A stretch of DNA of 64,000 bases from the human T2T-CHM13v2.0 reference genome, Homo sapiens: assembly GCF_009914755.1 (NCBI RefSeq), contig NC_060936.1; one strand, given 5' to 3'. Positions 26,301 through 42,400 of this stretch are shown piece by piece. The notes under the pieces are model-generated. The model was not told the DNA's origin and ran no database searches. It was given only the letters and a program-made list of their open reading frames with translations. A program made the translations under genes and the position numbers. Every line of letters starts with the position of its first letter. Within the stretch, counting starts at the first letter, position 1.

Positions 26301-29300
26301 AACCTTTCTTTTGATTGAGTAGTTTTGAAACACTCTTTTTGTAGAATCTGTAAGTGGATATTTGGAGCGATTTGAGGCCTATTGCGGAAAAAGGAAATAT
26401 CTTCACATAAAAACTACACAGATGCATTCTGGGTAACTTCCTTGTGATGTGTGCATTCAACTCACAGAGTTGAACCTATCTTTGTTTGAACAGTTTTGAA
26501 TCTCTCTTTCTGTAGAATCTGCAAGTGAATATTTGGAGCCCTTTGTGGCCTATTTTGGAAAGGAAAATATCCTCACATAAAAACTACAAAGAAGCATTTT
26601 GAGAAACTTATTTGTGATGTGGTCATTAATCTCACAGAGTTGAACCTTTCTTTTCATTCAGTACTTTGGTAATGCTCTTTTTGTAGAATCTGCAAGTGGA
26701 TATTTGCAGCGCTTTGAGACCTACGGTGGAAAAGTAAATATCTTCACATAAAAACTACACAGAAGCATTCTGAGAAACTTCTTCATAATGTGGGCATTCA
26801 TCTTACAGAGTTGAACCTAACTTTTGACAGAGCAGTTTTGAAACTCTCTTTTTATAAAATCTGCAAGTGGATATTTGGAATGCTTTGAGGTCTATGGTGG
26901 AAAAGAAAATATCTTCACATGAAAACTACACGGAAGCATTCTGAGAAACTTTTTTCCGATGTGTGCATTCATTTCACAGAGGTGAATTACTCTTTTGATT
27001 AGGCAGATTGGAAACACTCTTTTTGTAGAATCTGCAAGTGGATTTTTGGAGCGGTTTGAGGCCTATGGTGGCAAACGAAATTTCTTCACATAAAAACTGT
27101 ACAGAAGCATTCTGAGAAACTTCTTTGTGATATGTGCCTTCAACTCACAGAGTTGAACCTATCTTTCAATTGAGCAATTTGGTATCTCTCTTTTTGTTGT
27201 GTCTGCAAGTGGATATTTGGAGCACTTTGTGTCATATTATTGAAAAGGTAATATCTTCACATAAGAACGACACAGAAGCATTCTAAGGAAATTCTTTGCA
27301 ATGTGTGCATTCATCTCACCGAGTTGAACCTTTCTTTTTAATTGAGCAGTTTGGAAATACTCTCTTTGTAGAATTTTCAGGTGGATATTTGGTGCGTTTG
27401 AGGCCCATGGTGGAAAAAGAAATATCTTCACATAAAAACTACACAGAACCATTCTGAGAAACTTCTTTGTGATGTGTGCATTCAACTCACAGTGTCGAAC
27501 GTATCTTTTGATTGAGCAATTGCAAAATCCTTTTTTGTAGAATCTGCAAGTGGTTATTTGAGTCCTTTGCAGCCTATGGTGGAAAAGGAAATATCTTCAC
27601 ATAAAAAATGCACAGAAGCATTCTGAGAAACTTCTTTGTTATGGGTGCATTCATCTCACAGAGTTGAACCTTTCTTTTGTTTGAGTAGTTTTGAAACACT
27701 CTTTTTGTAGAATCTGTAAGTGGACATTTGGAGCACTTTGAGGCCTACTGTGTAAAAGGAAATATCTTCACATAGAAACTACACAGAAGCATTCTGTGAA
27801 ACTTCTTTGTGACGTGTGCATTCATCTCACAGGGTTGAAATTTTCCTTTGATTGAGCAATTTTGAAACACCCTTTTTCTAGAATCTGCAGCTGGATATTT
27901 GGAGTGCTTTGAGGCCTATTGTTTAAAAGGAAATATCTTCACTGAAAAACTTCACAGAAGCATTCTGAGAAACTTCTTTGTGATGTGTCCATTTATCTCA
28001 CAGAGTTGAATCTTTCATTTCATTGAGCAGTTTGAAAACACTCTTATTATAGAATCCGCAAGAGGATATTTGGAGCGCTCTGGGGACTATGGTGGGAAAG
28101 GAAATATCTTCACATAAAAACTACAAAGAAACTTTCTGACAAACTGCTTTGCAATGTGTGCATTCAACTCACAGAGCTGAACCTATCTATGGCTTGAGGA
28201 GTTTTGAAACTCTCTTTTTGTATAATCTGTAAGTGGATATTTGGCACTCTTTGACGCCTATGGTGGAAAACGAAATATTTTCATATAAAAACTACACAGA
28301 AGCATTCTGATAAACTTCTTTGTGATGTGTGCATTCATCTCACAGAGTTGATCCTTTCTTTGAATTGAGCAGTTTTGAAACACTGTTTTTGTAGAATCTG
28401 CAAGTGGATATTTGGGGCACTTTGAGGCCTACTGTGGAAAAGGAAATATCTTCACATAATAATTACACAGATGCATTCTGAGAAACTTCTTTGTGATGTG
28501 TGTATTCATCTCACAGAGTTAAAACTTTCTTTTGATTGAGCTGTTTTGAAACCCTCTTTTTGTAGGATTTGCATGTGGATATTTAGAGCGCTCTGTGGCC
28601 TGTGGTAGATAAGGAAATATCTTCACATGAAAACTACATAAAAGCATTATGAGAAACTTCTTTGTGATGTGTGCATTCATCTCACAGAGGTGAACCTTGC
28701 TTTTGATTGAGCAGTTCTGAAACACTCTTTTTGTAGAATCTGCAGTGAATACATTGAGCTCTTTGAGGCCCATTTTGGAAAAGTAAATATCTTCACATAA
28801 AAACTACACTGAAGCATTCTGAGAAACTGATTTGAGATGTGTGCATTCATCTCATAGAGTAGAAAATTTCTTTTAATTTAGCAGTTTGGAAACACACTTT
28901 TTGAAGAATCTGCAAGTGGATATTTGGAGCACTTTGAGGCCTATTGTGGAAAAGGAAATATCTTCAGATAAAAACTACACAGAAGCATTCTGAGAAACTT
29001 GTTTGAGATGTGTGCATTCACCTCACAGATTTCAAACTTTCTTTTGATTGGCAGTGTGGAAACACTCTTTTTGTAGAATCTGCAAGTGAATATTTGGAGC
29101 GCTTCCAGGTCTATGGTGGAAAAGGAAATATCTTCATATAAAAACTATGCAGAAGCAGTCTGAGAAACTTATTTGCCATGTGTGCATTCATCTCACAGAG
29201 TTGAACCTCTCTTTTGATTGAGTAGTTTGGAAACACTCTCTTTTTAGAGTCTCCAAGTGGATATTTGGAGCGAATTGAGGTCTATGGTGGAAAAGGAAAT

Positions 29301-30252
29301 ATCTTCACATAAAAACTACATGCAACCATTCTGAGAAACTTCTTTGTGATGTTTGCATTCATCTGACAGAGTTGAACCTTTCTTTTGGTTCAGCAGTTTT
29401 GAAACACTCTATTTGGAGAATCTGCAAGTGGATATTTGCAGCACTTTGAGGTCTATTGTGGGAAAGGAAATATCTTCATATAAAAGCTACACAGAAGCAT
29501 TCCGAGAAACTTCTTTGTGATTTGTGCATTAATCTCACAGAGTTGAATGTTTCTTTTGATTGAGCAGTTTGGAAACACTCTTTTTGTAGAATCTGCAGGT
29601 GGATATTTGCAACGCTTTGAGTCCTGTGTTGGAAAAGGAAATATCTTCACATAAAAACTACACAGAAGCATTCTCAGAAACTTCTTTGTGTTGTGTGCAT
29701 TCATCTCACAGAGTTGAATCTTTCTTTTGATTGAGCAGTTTTGAAACAATCTTTTTGTAGAATCTCCAAGTGGATATTTGGAGCGCTTTGAGGCCTATTG
29801 TGGAAATGGAAATATCTGCACATTAAAATTACACAGAAGCATTCTGAGAAACTTCTTTGTGATGTGTGCATTAATCTCACGGTGTTGAATCTTTCTTTTG
29901 ATTGAGCTGTTTTGAAACACTCTTTTTGTAGAATCAGCAAGTGGATATTTGGAGCGCTTTGAGGCCTATGATGGAAAAGGGAATATCTTCACAAAAAAAC
30001 TGCACAGAAGCATTCTGAGAAAGTTATTTTTTTTTTATTTTATTATTATTATACCTTAAGTTTTAGTGTACATGTGCACAATGTGCAGGTTAGTTACATA
30101 TGTAGACATATGACATGTTGGTGTGCTGCATCTATTAACTCGTGATTTAGCATTAGGTATATCTCCTATAGCTATCCCTCCCCCCTCCCCCCACCCCACA
30201 ATCGTCCCCAGAGTGTGAAGTTCCCCTTCCTGTGTCCATGAGTTCTCATTGT

Positions 30253-33894
<3,642 letters not shown>

Positions 33895-33957
33895 GATGAT
33901 GTTAGCTGGTTATATTGCTCATTAGTTGATGCATTTTCTTCCTAGCCTTGATGGTTT

Positions 33958-34973
33958 TTATAATTTGGCATTATTGGCAGTGGCTGGTACCGGTTGTTCC
34001 TTTCCATGTTTAGTGCTTCTTTCAGGAGCTCTTTTTGGGCAGGCCTGGTGGTGACAAAATCTCTCAGCATTTGCTTGTCTGTAAAGTATTTTATTTCTCC
34101 TTCACTTGTGAAGCTGAGTTTGGCTGGGTCTGAAATTCTGGGTTGAAAATTCTTTTCTTTAAGAATGTTGAATATTCGCCCCCACTCTCTTCTGGCTTGT
34201 AGAGTTTCTGCCGAGAGATCCTCTGTTAGTCTGATGGGCTTCCCTTTGTGGGTAACCCAATCTTTCTCTCTGGCTGCCCTTAACATTTTTTCCTTCATTT
34301 CAACTTTGGTGAATCGGACAATGATATGTCTTGGAGTTGCTCTTCTCGAGGAGTATCTTTGTGGCATTCTCTGTATTTCCTGAATCTGGATGTTGGCCTG
34401 CCTTTCTAGATTGGGGCAGTTCTCCTGGATAACATCCCGCAGAGTGTTTTCCAACTTGGTTCCATTCTCCCCTTCAGTTTCATGTACACCAATCAGATGT
34501 AGATTTGGTCTTTTCACTCAGTACCATATTTCTTGGAGGCTTTGTTTGTTTCTTTTCATTCCTTTTTCTCTTAACTTCCCTTCTTGCTTCATTTCATTCA
34601 TTTCGTCTTCCATCACTGATACCCTTTCTTCCAGTTGATTGCATTGGCTCCTAAGACTTCTGCATTCTTCATGTAGTTCTCGAGCCTTGACTTTCAGCTC
34701 CATCAGCTCCTTTAAGCACTTCTCTGTATTGGTTATTCTAGTTATACATTCGTCTAAATTTTTTTCAAAGTTTTCAACTTTTTTGCCTTTGGTTTGAATT
34801 TCCTCCTTTAGCTTGGAGTAGTTTGATCATCTGAAGCCTTCTTCTCTCAACTCGTTAAAGTCATTCTCCATCCAGCTTTGTTGCATTGCTGGTGAGGAGC
34901 TGTGTTCCTTTGGGAGAGGAGAGGCACTCTGCTTTTTAGAGTTTCCAGTTTTTCTGCTCTGTTTTTTTGCCAT
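33958..34973 (-). pseudogene. L1 ORF1 (coiled-coil/RRM/CTD RNA chaperone), disrupted
   Basis: Peptides ELKVKARELHEECRSL, KRPNLHLIGV, RRATPRHIIVRF and AREKD; the frame is interrupted by stop/frameshift (e.g. EIWY*). Confidence 0.92.
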
Positions 34974-36011
34974 CTTTGTGGTTTTATCTACTTTTGGTCT
35001 TTGATGATGGTGATGTACAGATAGGTTATAGATGTGGATGTCCTTTCTGTTTGTTAGTTTTCCTTCTAACAGACAGGACCCTCAGCTGCAGGTGTGTTGG
35101 AGTTTGCTAGAGGTCCATTCCAGACCCTGTTTTCCTGGGTACCAGCAGAAGTGGCTGCAGAACAGCAGATTTTCGTGAACCGTGAATGCTGCTGTCTGAT
35201 CGTTCCTCTGGAAGTTTTGTCTCAGAGGAGTACCCGGCCGTGTGATGTGTCAGTCTGCCCCTACTGAGGGGTGCCTCCCAGTTAGGCTGTTCGGGGGTCA
35301 GGGGTCAGGTACTCACTTGAGGAGACAGTCTGCCTGTTCTCAGATCTCCAGCTGAATGCTGGGAGAAACACTGCTCTTTCCAAAGCTGTCAGACAGGGAC
35401 ATTTAAGTCTGCAGAGGTTACTGCTGTCTTTTTGTTTGTCTGTGCCCTGCCCCCAGAGGTGGAGCGTAAAGAGACAGACAGGCCTACTTGAGCTGTGGTG
35501 GGTTCCACCCAGTTCGAGCTTCCTTGCTGCTTTGTTTACCTAAGCAAGCCTGGCCAATGGTGGGCTCCCCTCCCCCAGCCTCGCTGCCGCCTTGCAATTT
35601 GATCTCAGACTGCTGTGCTAGCAATCAGCAAGACTCCGTGGGTATAGGACTCCCCGAGACAGGTGCAGGATATAATCCCCTGGTGCACCGTTTTTTAACC
35701 CCATTGGAAAAGCGCAGTATTACAGTTGGAGTGACCCGAATTTCCAGGTGCCCTCTGTCACCCCATTCTTTGACTAGGAGAGAGAATTCCCTGTCCCCTT
35801 GCACTTCCTGAGTGAGACAATGCTTCGCCCTTCTTCGGCTCACGCATGGTGCGCTTCACCCACCGACCTGCACCCACTGTCTGGCACTACCTAGTGAGAT
35901 GAGCCCGGTACCTCAGATGGAAATGCAGAAATCACCCGTCTTCTGCATCACTCACACTGGTAGCCGTAGATCGGAGTTGTTCCTATTCAGCCACCATGGC
36001 TCCAGAACCCC
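34974..36011 (-). promoter_or_regulatory. L1 5'UTR internal promoter/antisense promoter; YY1 motif mutated
   Basis: Matches the L1PA 5'UTR, but the 5' end reads ggagccatggtggc instead of GGAGCCAAGATGGC. Extensive CpG decay. Confidence 0.8.
35557..35811 (+). CDS. L1 antisense ORF0-like open frame (84 aa)
   Basis: From the ATG at 35557: MVGSPPPASLPPCNLISDCCASNQQDSVGIG..., homologous to primate L1 ORF0 (MAGAPPPASLPPCSLISDCCASNQRDSVGVG). Expression is unknown. Confidence 0.65.
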   Translation: MVGSPPPASLPPCNLISDCCASNQQDSVGIGLPETGAGYNPLVHRFLTPLEKRSITVGVTRISRCPLSPHSLTRRENSLSPCTS

Positions 36012-36427
36012 TCTGAGAAACTTCTTTGTGATGTGTGCATTTGTCTCACAGAGTTGAAACTTTCTGATGATTCAGGAGTTTTCAAACACTCTTTTTGTAG
36101 CATCTGCAAGTGGATATTTGGAGGGACTTGATGCTTATTATGGAAAGGAAATATCTTCACATAAAAACTACACAAAAGCATTCTGAGAAAGTTCTTTGTG
36201 ACGTGTGCATTTGTCTCACAGAGTTGAACCTTCCTTTTGATTGAGGACTTTTGAAACACTCGTTTTGTAGAATCTGCAAGTGGATATGTGGAACGGTCTG
36301 ATGCCTATGGTGGAAAAGGAAATGTCTTCATATAAAATTTCACAGAAGCATTCTGAGAAACTTCTTTGCAATATGTGCATTCATCTCACAGATTTGTACC
36401 TTTCTTTGAGCAGTTTGGAAACATTCT
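36012..36427 (+). repeat. Alpha satellite, forward orientation (~2.4 monomers)
   Basis: Resumes at the TSD tctgagaaacttctttgtgatgtgtgc and ends at cagtttggaaacattct. Confidence 0.95.
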
Positions 36428-39400
36428 GAGTTTCTGAGAATGCTTCTGTCTACTTTTTATGTGAAGATATTTCCTTTTCATCTATAAACCTCAAAGCACT
36501 CCAAATATTCATTTGCAGATATTACAAAATAGTGTTTCCAAACTGCACAATCAGAAGAAAGTTTCAACACAGTGACTTGAATGCACACATCAAAAATAAG
36601 TTTCTGAGAATGCTTCTGTCTAGTTTTTATGTGAAGATATTTCCTTTTACACCATAGACCTCAAAGGGCTCCAAATATTCCCATGCAGATTTTACAAAAA
36701 GGGTGTTTCTAAACTGCTCAATCAAAAGAAAGGTTTAGCGCTGTGAGATGACTGCACACATCAAAAAGAAGTTTCTCAGAATGTTTTTGTCTAGTTTTTA
36801 TTTGAAGATATTTACTTTTCAACTACAGGCCTCAAAGCGCTATAATATCCATTTGCAGGTACTCCAAAAAAGAGTGTTTTGAAACTGCTCAATCAAAAGA
36901 AAGGTTCAACTCTGTGATTTCAAAGCACACATCACAAAGATGTTTCTGAGAATGGTTCTGTCTAGTTTTTTTGTGAAGATATTTCCTATCCCAACATAGG
37001 CCTCAAAGCTCTCCAAATATACACTTGCAGATTATACAAAAAGTGTATTTCAACACTGCTCAATAAAAGAAAGGTTCAACTCTGTGAGACGAATGCACAC
37101 ATCACAAAGAAGTTTCTCAGAATGCTTCTACCTAGTTTTTATGTGAAGATATTTCGTTTTCAGCTACAGGCCTCAAAGCACACCAAATATCAATTTTCAG
37201 ATACTAGAAAAAGAGTGTTAACAAACTGCTTAATCAAAAGAAAGTTTCAACTTGGTGAGTTGAATGCACCCATCACAAAGAAGTTTCTGAGAATGTATCT
37301 GTCGAGTTTTTATGTGAAGATATTTGCTATTCTAAGGTAGGCCTAAAGCCCTCCAAATATTCACTTGCAGATTCCACAAAAAAGAGTGTTTCAAAACTGC
37401 TCAATCAAAATAAATTTTCGATTCTGTGTGATGAATGCATACATCACAAGGAGGATTCTCAGAATGCTTCTCTTTGGTTTTTATGTGAAGATATTTCCTT
37501 TTCAGGTATAGGCCTCAAGGCACTCCAAATATCCACTTGCAGATACAACAAAAAGAGTTTTTCCAAACTGCTCAATCAAAACAAAGATTCAACCCTGTGG
37601 GTTGAATGCACACATCACAAAGGGGTTTCTGAGAATACTTCTCTCTAGTTTTTATCTGAAGATATTTCCTTTGCCAATAGAGAATGCAGTCGTTCCAAAT
37701 ATCCATGTGCAGATTCTACAAAAAGTGTGTTTCAAAACTGCTCAATAAAAAGAAAGGTTCAACTCTGTGAGATGAATGCACACATCACAAAGAAGTTACT
37801 CAGAATGCTTCTTTTTAGTTTTTGTGTGAGGATATTTCCTTTTCAGCTATAGGCCTCAAAGCGATCCTAATATCCATTTGCAGATAGTACAAAAACAGTG
37901 TTTCCAAACTGCTCAATCAAAAGAAAGGCTCAACTCTGAGAGTTGAATGCACACATCACAAAGAACTTTCTGAGAATGCTTTTGTCTAGTTTTTATGTGA
38001 AGATATTTCCTCTTCCACCAGAGGCCGCAATCTCTCCAAATATCCAATTACAGATTCTACAAAAAGAGTGTTTCAAAACTGCTCAATCAAAATAAATTTT
38101 TAACTCTGTGAGTTGAATACACACATCACAAAAAACTTTCTCAGGATCCTTCTGTCTAGTTTTTATGTGAAGATATTCCCTTTTCAGCTATAGGCTTCAA
38201 AGCACTCCAAATATCCATTTTCAGATTCCACAAAAAGTTTGTTTCCAAACTGCTCAATCAAAAGAAACGTTCAACTCTGTGAGTCGAATGCACACATCAC
38301 AAACAAGTATCTGAGAATGCTTCTGTCTAGTATTTATGTGAAGATATTTCCTTTTCCACCATAGGCCTCAAAGCGCTCCAAATATCCAATTGCAGATTCT
38401 ACAAAAACAGTGTTTCAAAGCTGCTCAAACAAAAGAAAGGTTCAACTCTGTGAGAGGAATGCACACATCACAAAGAAGTTTCTCAGAATGCCTCTGTCTA
38501 CATTTATGTGAATATATTTCCTTTTCAACTATAGGCCTCAAAGCGCTCCAAATATCCATTTTCAGATACCACAAAAAGAGAGTTTCCAAACTGCTCAATG
38601 CAAAAGAGACGATCAATTCTGTGAGGTGAATGCACACATCACAAAAAGTTTCTGAGAATTCTTCCATCTAGGTTTTATGTGAAGATACTCCCTTTCCACC
38701 ATAGACACAAAGCGCTCCAAATAGCCACATGCAGATTCTACAAAAAGAGTGTTTCAAAACTGCTCAATCAAAAAAAAGTTGAACTTTGTGAAATGAATGC
38801 ACACATCACAAAGAGGTTTCTCAGAATGCTTCTGTCTAGTTTTTATGTGAAGATATTTCCTTTTCAAGAATAGGCTGGAAAGCAATCCAAATATACATTT
38901 GCAGATACTACAAAAACAGTGTTTCCAAACTTCTCAATCAAAATGAAGGTTCAACTCTGTGAGTTAAATGCACACATTGCAAAGAAGTTTCTGAGTATGC
39001 TTCTGTCTAGTTTTTATGTGAAGATATTTCCTTTCTAACCATAGGCCTCAAAGCGCTCCAAATATCCACTTGCAGACTGTACAAAAAGAGCGTGTCAAAA
39101 CTGCTCAACAGAAGAAAGGTTCAACTCTGTGAGATGAAAGCACTCTTCACAAAGAAGTTTCTCAGTATCCTTCCGTCTGGTTTTAGGTGGAGATATTTCC
39201 TTTTCCACCATAGTCCTCAAAGCACTCCAAATATCCACTTGCGGATACTACAGAAAGAGTGTTTCAAAAGTGTTTAATCAAAAGAAAAGTTCAACACTCT
39301 GAGATGAATGCACACAGCACAAAGAAGTTTCTGAGAATGCTTTTGTCTAGTTTTTATGTAAAGATAATTCCTTTTCCACCGTAGGCCTCAAAGCGCTCGA

Positions 39401-42400
39401 AACATCCATCTGTAGATTCTACAAAAAGAGTGCTTCAAAACTGCTCAATCAAAAGAAGTTTCAAACCTGTGAGGGGAATGCACACATCACAAAGAATTTT
39501 CTCAGAATGCTGCTGTCTAGTTTTTATGTGAAGATATTTCTTTCTCAACTACAGGACTCAAAGTGCTCCAAATATCCATTTGCAGATACTGCAAAAAGAG
39601 TGTTCCCAAACTGCTCAATCAAAAGAAATGTTCAACTTTCTGAGTTGAATCAACACATCACAAAGAAGTTTCTGAGAATGCTTCTGTCTTTTTTTTATTT
39701 GAAGATATTTCCTTTTCCACCATAGGACTCAAAGCGCTACAAATATCCACTTGCAGATTCTACAAGAGTGTTTCAAAACTCCTCAATCAAAAGAAAGTTT
39801 CCACTTTGTGAGTTAAATGAACACATCACAAGGAAGTTTCTGAGAATGCTTCTGTCTAGTTTTTATGTGAAGATATTTCTTTTACAACCATAGGCCACAA
39901 AGGGCTCCAAATATCCAATTGCAGATTCTCCAAAAATAGTGCTTCAAAACTGCTCAATCAAAAGAAAGGTTCAAGATTGTGAGATGAATGAATGCATCAT
40001 GAAGAAGTTTTTCAGAATGCTTCTGTCAAGTTTTTATGTGAAGATATTTCCTTTTCAGCTACATGCCTCAAAGCGCTCCAAATATCCATTTGCAGATACT
40101 ACAAAAAGAGTGTTTCCAAACTGCTCAAAATAAACAAAGGTTCAACTCTGTGAGTTGAATGCACACATCACAAAGAACTTTCTGAGAATGTTTCTGTCTA
40201 GTTTTTATGTGAAGACATGTCCTATGCCAATAGAGGACGCAATCGCTCCAAATATCCACTTGCAGATATACTACAAAAACAGTGTTTCAAAACTGCTCAA
40301 TCAAAAGAAAGGTTCAATTCTGTGAGATGAATGCACACATCACAAGGAAGTGTCTCAGAATGCTTCTGCCTAGTTTTTATGTGGAGATATTTCCTTTTGT
40401 ACTGTAGGTCTCAAAGCGCTCCAAATATACACTTGCAGATTCTACAAAAAGAGTGTTTCAAAACTGCTCAACCAAAAGAAATATTCAACTCTGTGGGATG
40501 AATGCACACATCACAAAGAAGTTTCTCAGAATGCTTCTGTCTAGTTTTTAAGTGAAGATATTTCCTTTTCAACTATAGGCCTCAAAGCGCTCCAAATATC
40601 CTTTTGCAGACACTTGAAAAAGAGAGTTTCCAAACTTCTCAATCAAAATAAAGGTTCAACTCTGTGACTTGAATGCACACATCACAAAGTAGTTCCTCAG
40701 AATGCTTCTTTTTAGTTTTTATGTGAGGTTGTTTCCTTTTCCACCATAGGCCTCAAAGCGTTACAAATATCCCCTTGCAGATTCTGCAAAAAGAGTGTTT
40801 CAAAACTGCTGAATCAGAAGAAAGTTTCAACTCCATGCGTTGAATGCACTCATCAGAAAGAAATTTCTGAGAATGCTCCTGTCGAGTTTTTTTGTGAAGA
40901 TATTTCCTTTTCCACCATAGGCCTCAAAGCACTCCAAATCTCCAGTTGCAGATCCTACAAAAAGAGTGTTTCAAAACTGCTCAGTCAGAAGAAATGTTCA
41001 ACTCTGTTAGGTGAATGCACACATCACAAATAAGTTTCTCAGAAGGCTTCTGTCTAGTTTGTATGTGAAGATATTTCCTTTTCAACTCTAGGCCTCAATG
41101 CACTCCAAATATCCATTTGCAGATACTACAAAAAGAGTGTTTCCAAACTGCTCAATCAAAAGAAAGTTTCAAGTCTTTGAGTTGAATGCATACATCACAA
41201 AGAAGTTTTTGAGAATGTTTCTGTGCAGTTTTAATGTGAAGATATTTCCTTTTCCACCATAGGCCTCAAAGCGCTTGAAATATCCATTAGCATATTCTAC
41301 AAAAAGAGTGTTTCTAAACTGCTCAATTAAAAGAAAGATTCAACTCTGTGAGATGAATATACACATTGCAAGGAAGTTTCTCAGAATGCTTCTGTCTAGT
41401 TTTTATGTGAAGATATTTCTCTTGCAACTATAGGCCCCTAAGCGCTCCAAATATCCATTTGCAGGTACAACAAAGAGACTGTTTCCGAACTGTTCAATCA
41501 AAAGAAAGGTTCAACTCTGTAAGTTGAAAGCTCACATCACAACGAAGTTTCTGAAAATGCTTCTGTCTAGCTTTTATGTGAAGATATTTCCTTTTCCACC
41601 ATGGGCTTCAAAGGGCTCCAAATATCCACTTGCAGATTCAACAAAAAAGAGTGTTTCAAAACTCCTCAATCAAAAGAAAGGTTCAACACTGTGAGATGAA
41701 TGCACAAAGAAGAAACAGTTTCTGAGAACTCGGTCTACATTTTATGTGGAGATATTTCCTTTTCAATTATATGCCTCACACTGCTCCAAATATCCTTTTA
41801 CAGATACTACAAAAAGAGTGTTTCCAAATTGTTCAATCAAAAGAAAGTTCATCTCTGTGAGATGTACGCACACATCACAAAGAAGTTTCTCAGAATGATT
41901 CTGTCTAGCTTTTATATGAAGACATTTCCTTTTCAGCTATAGACCGCAAAGCGCTCCAAATATCAATTTTCAGACACTACAAAAAGAGTGCTCCAAACTG
42001 CTCAATCAAAAGAAAAGTTCAACTCTAGGAGTTGAATGCACACATCACGAAGAAGATTCTGAGGATATTTCTGAATAATCTGTATGTGAAGATATTTCAT
42101 TTTCCACTAGAGGGAGCAATCGCAGAAAATATCCACTTGTACATTCTATAAAAAGTGTTTCAAAAATGCTAAATCAAAAGAAATGTTCAACTCTGTGAGA
42201 TGAATGCACACATAACAAAGGAGTTTCTCAGAATGCTTCTGTCTAGTATTTATGTGAAGATTTTTCCATTTCAGCTACAGGCCTCAAAGCTCTCCAAATA
42301 TCCATTTGCAGATACAACAAAAAGAGTGTTTCCAAACTGCTTAATCAAAAGAAAGGTTCAACTCTGTGAGTTCAACGCACACATCACAGAGAAGTTTCTG

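Larger units (their letters stand above)
14394..30029 (+). repeat. Alpha satellite, diverged monomeric, forward orientation (interrupted by L1 stub at 19355-19480)
   Basis: ~171-bp periodic aaaactacacagaagcattctgagaaacttctttgtgatgtgtgcattca; monomers carry the A-type (pJalpha-like) ctatggtggaaaaggaa box. Confidence 0.98.
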
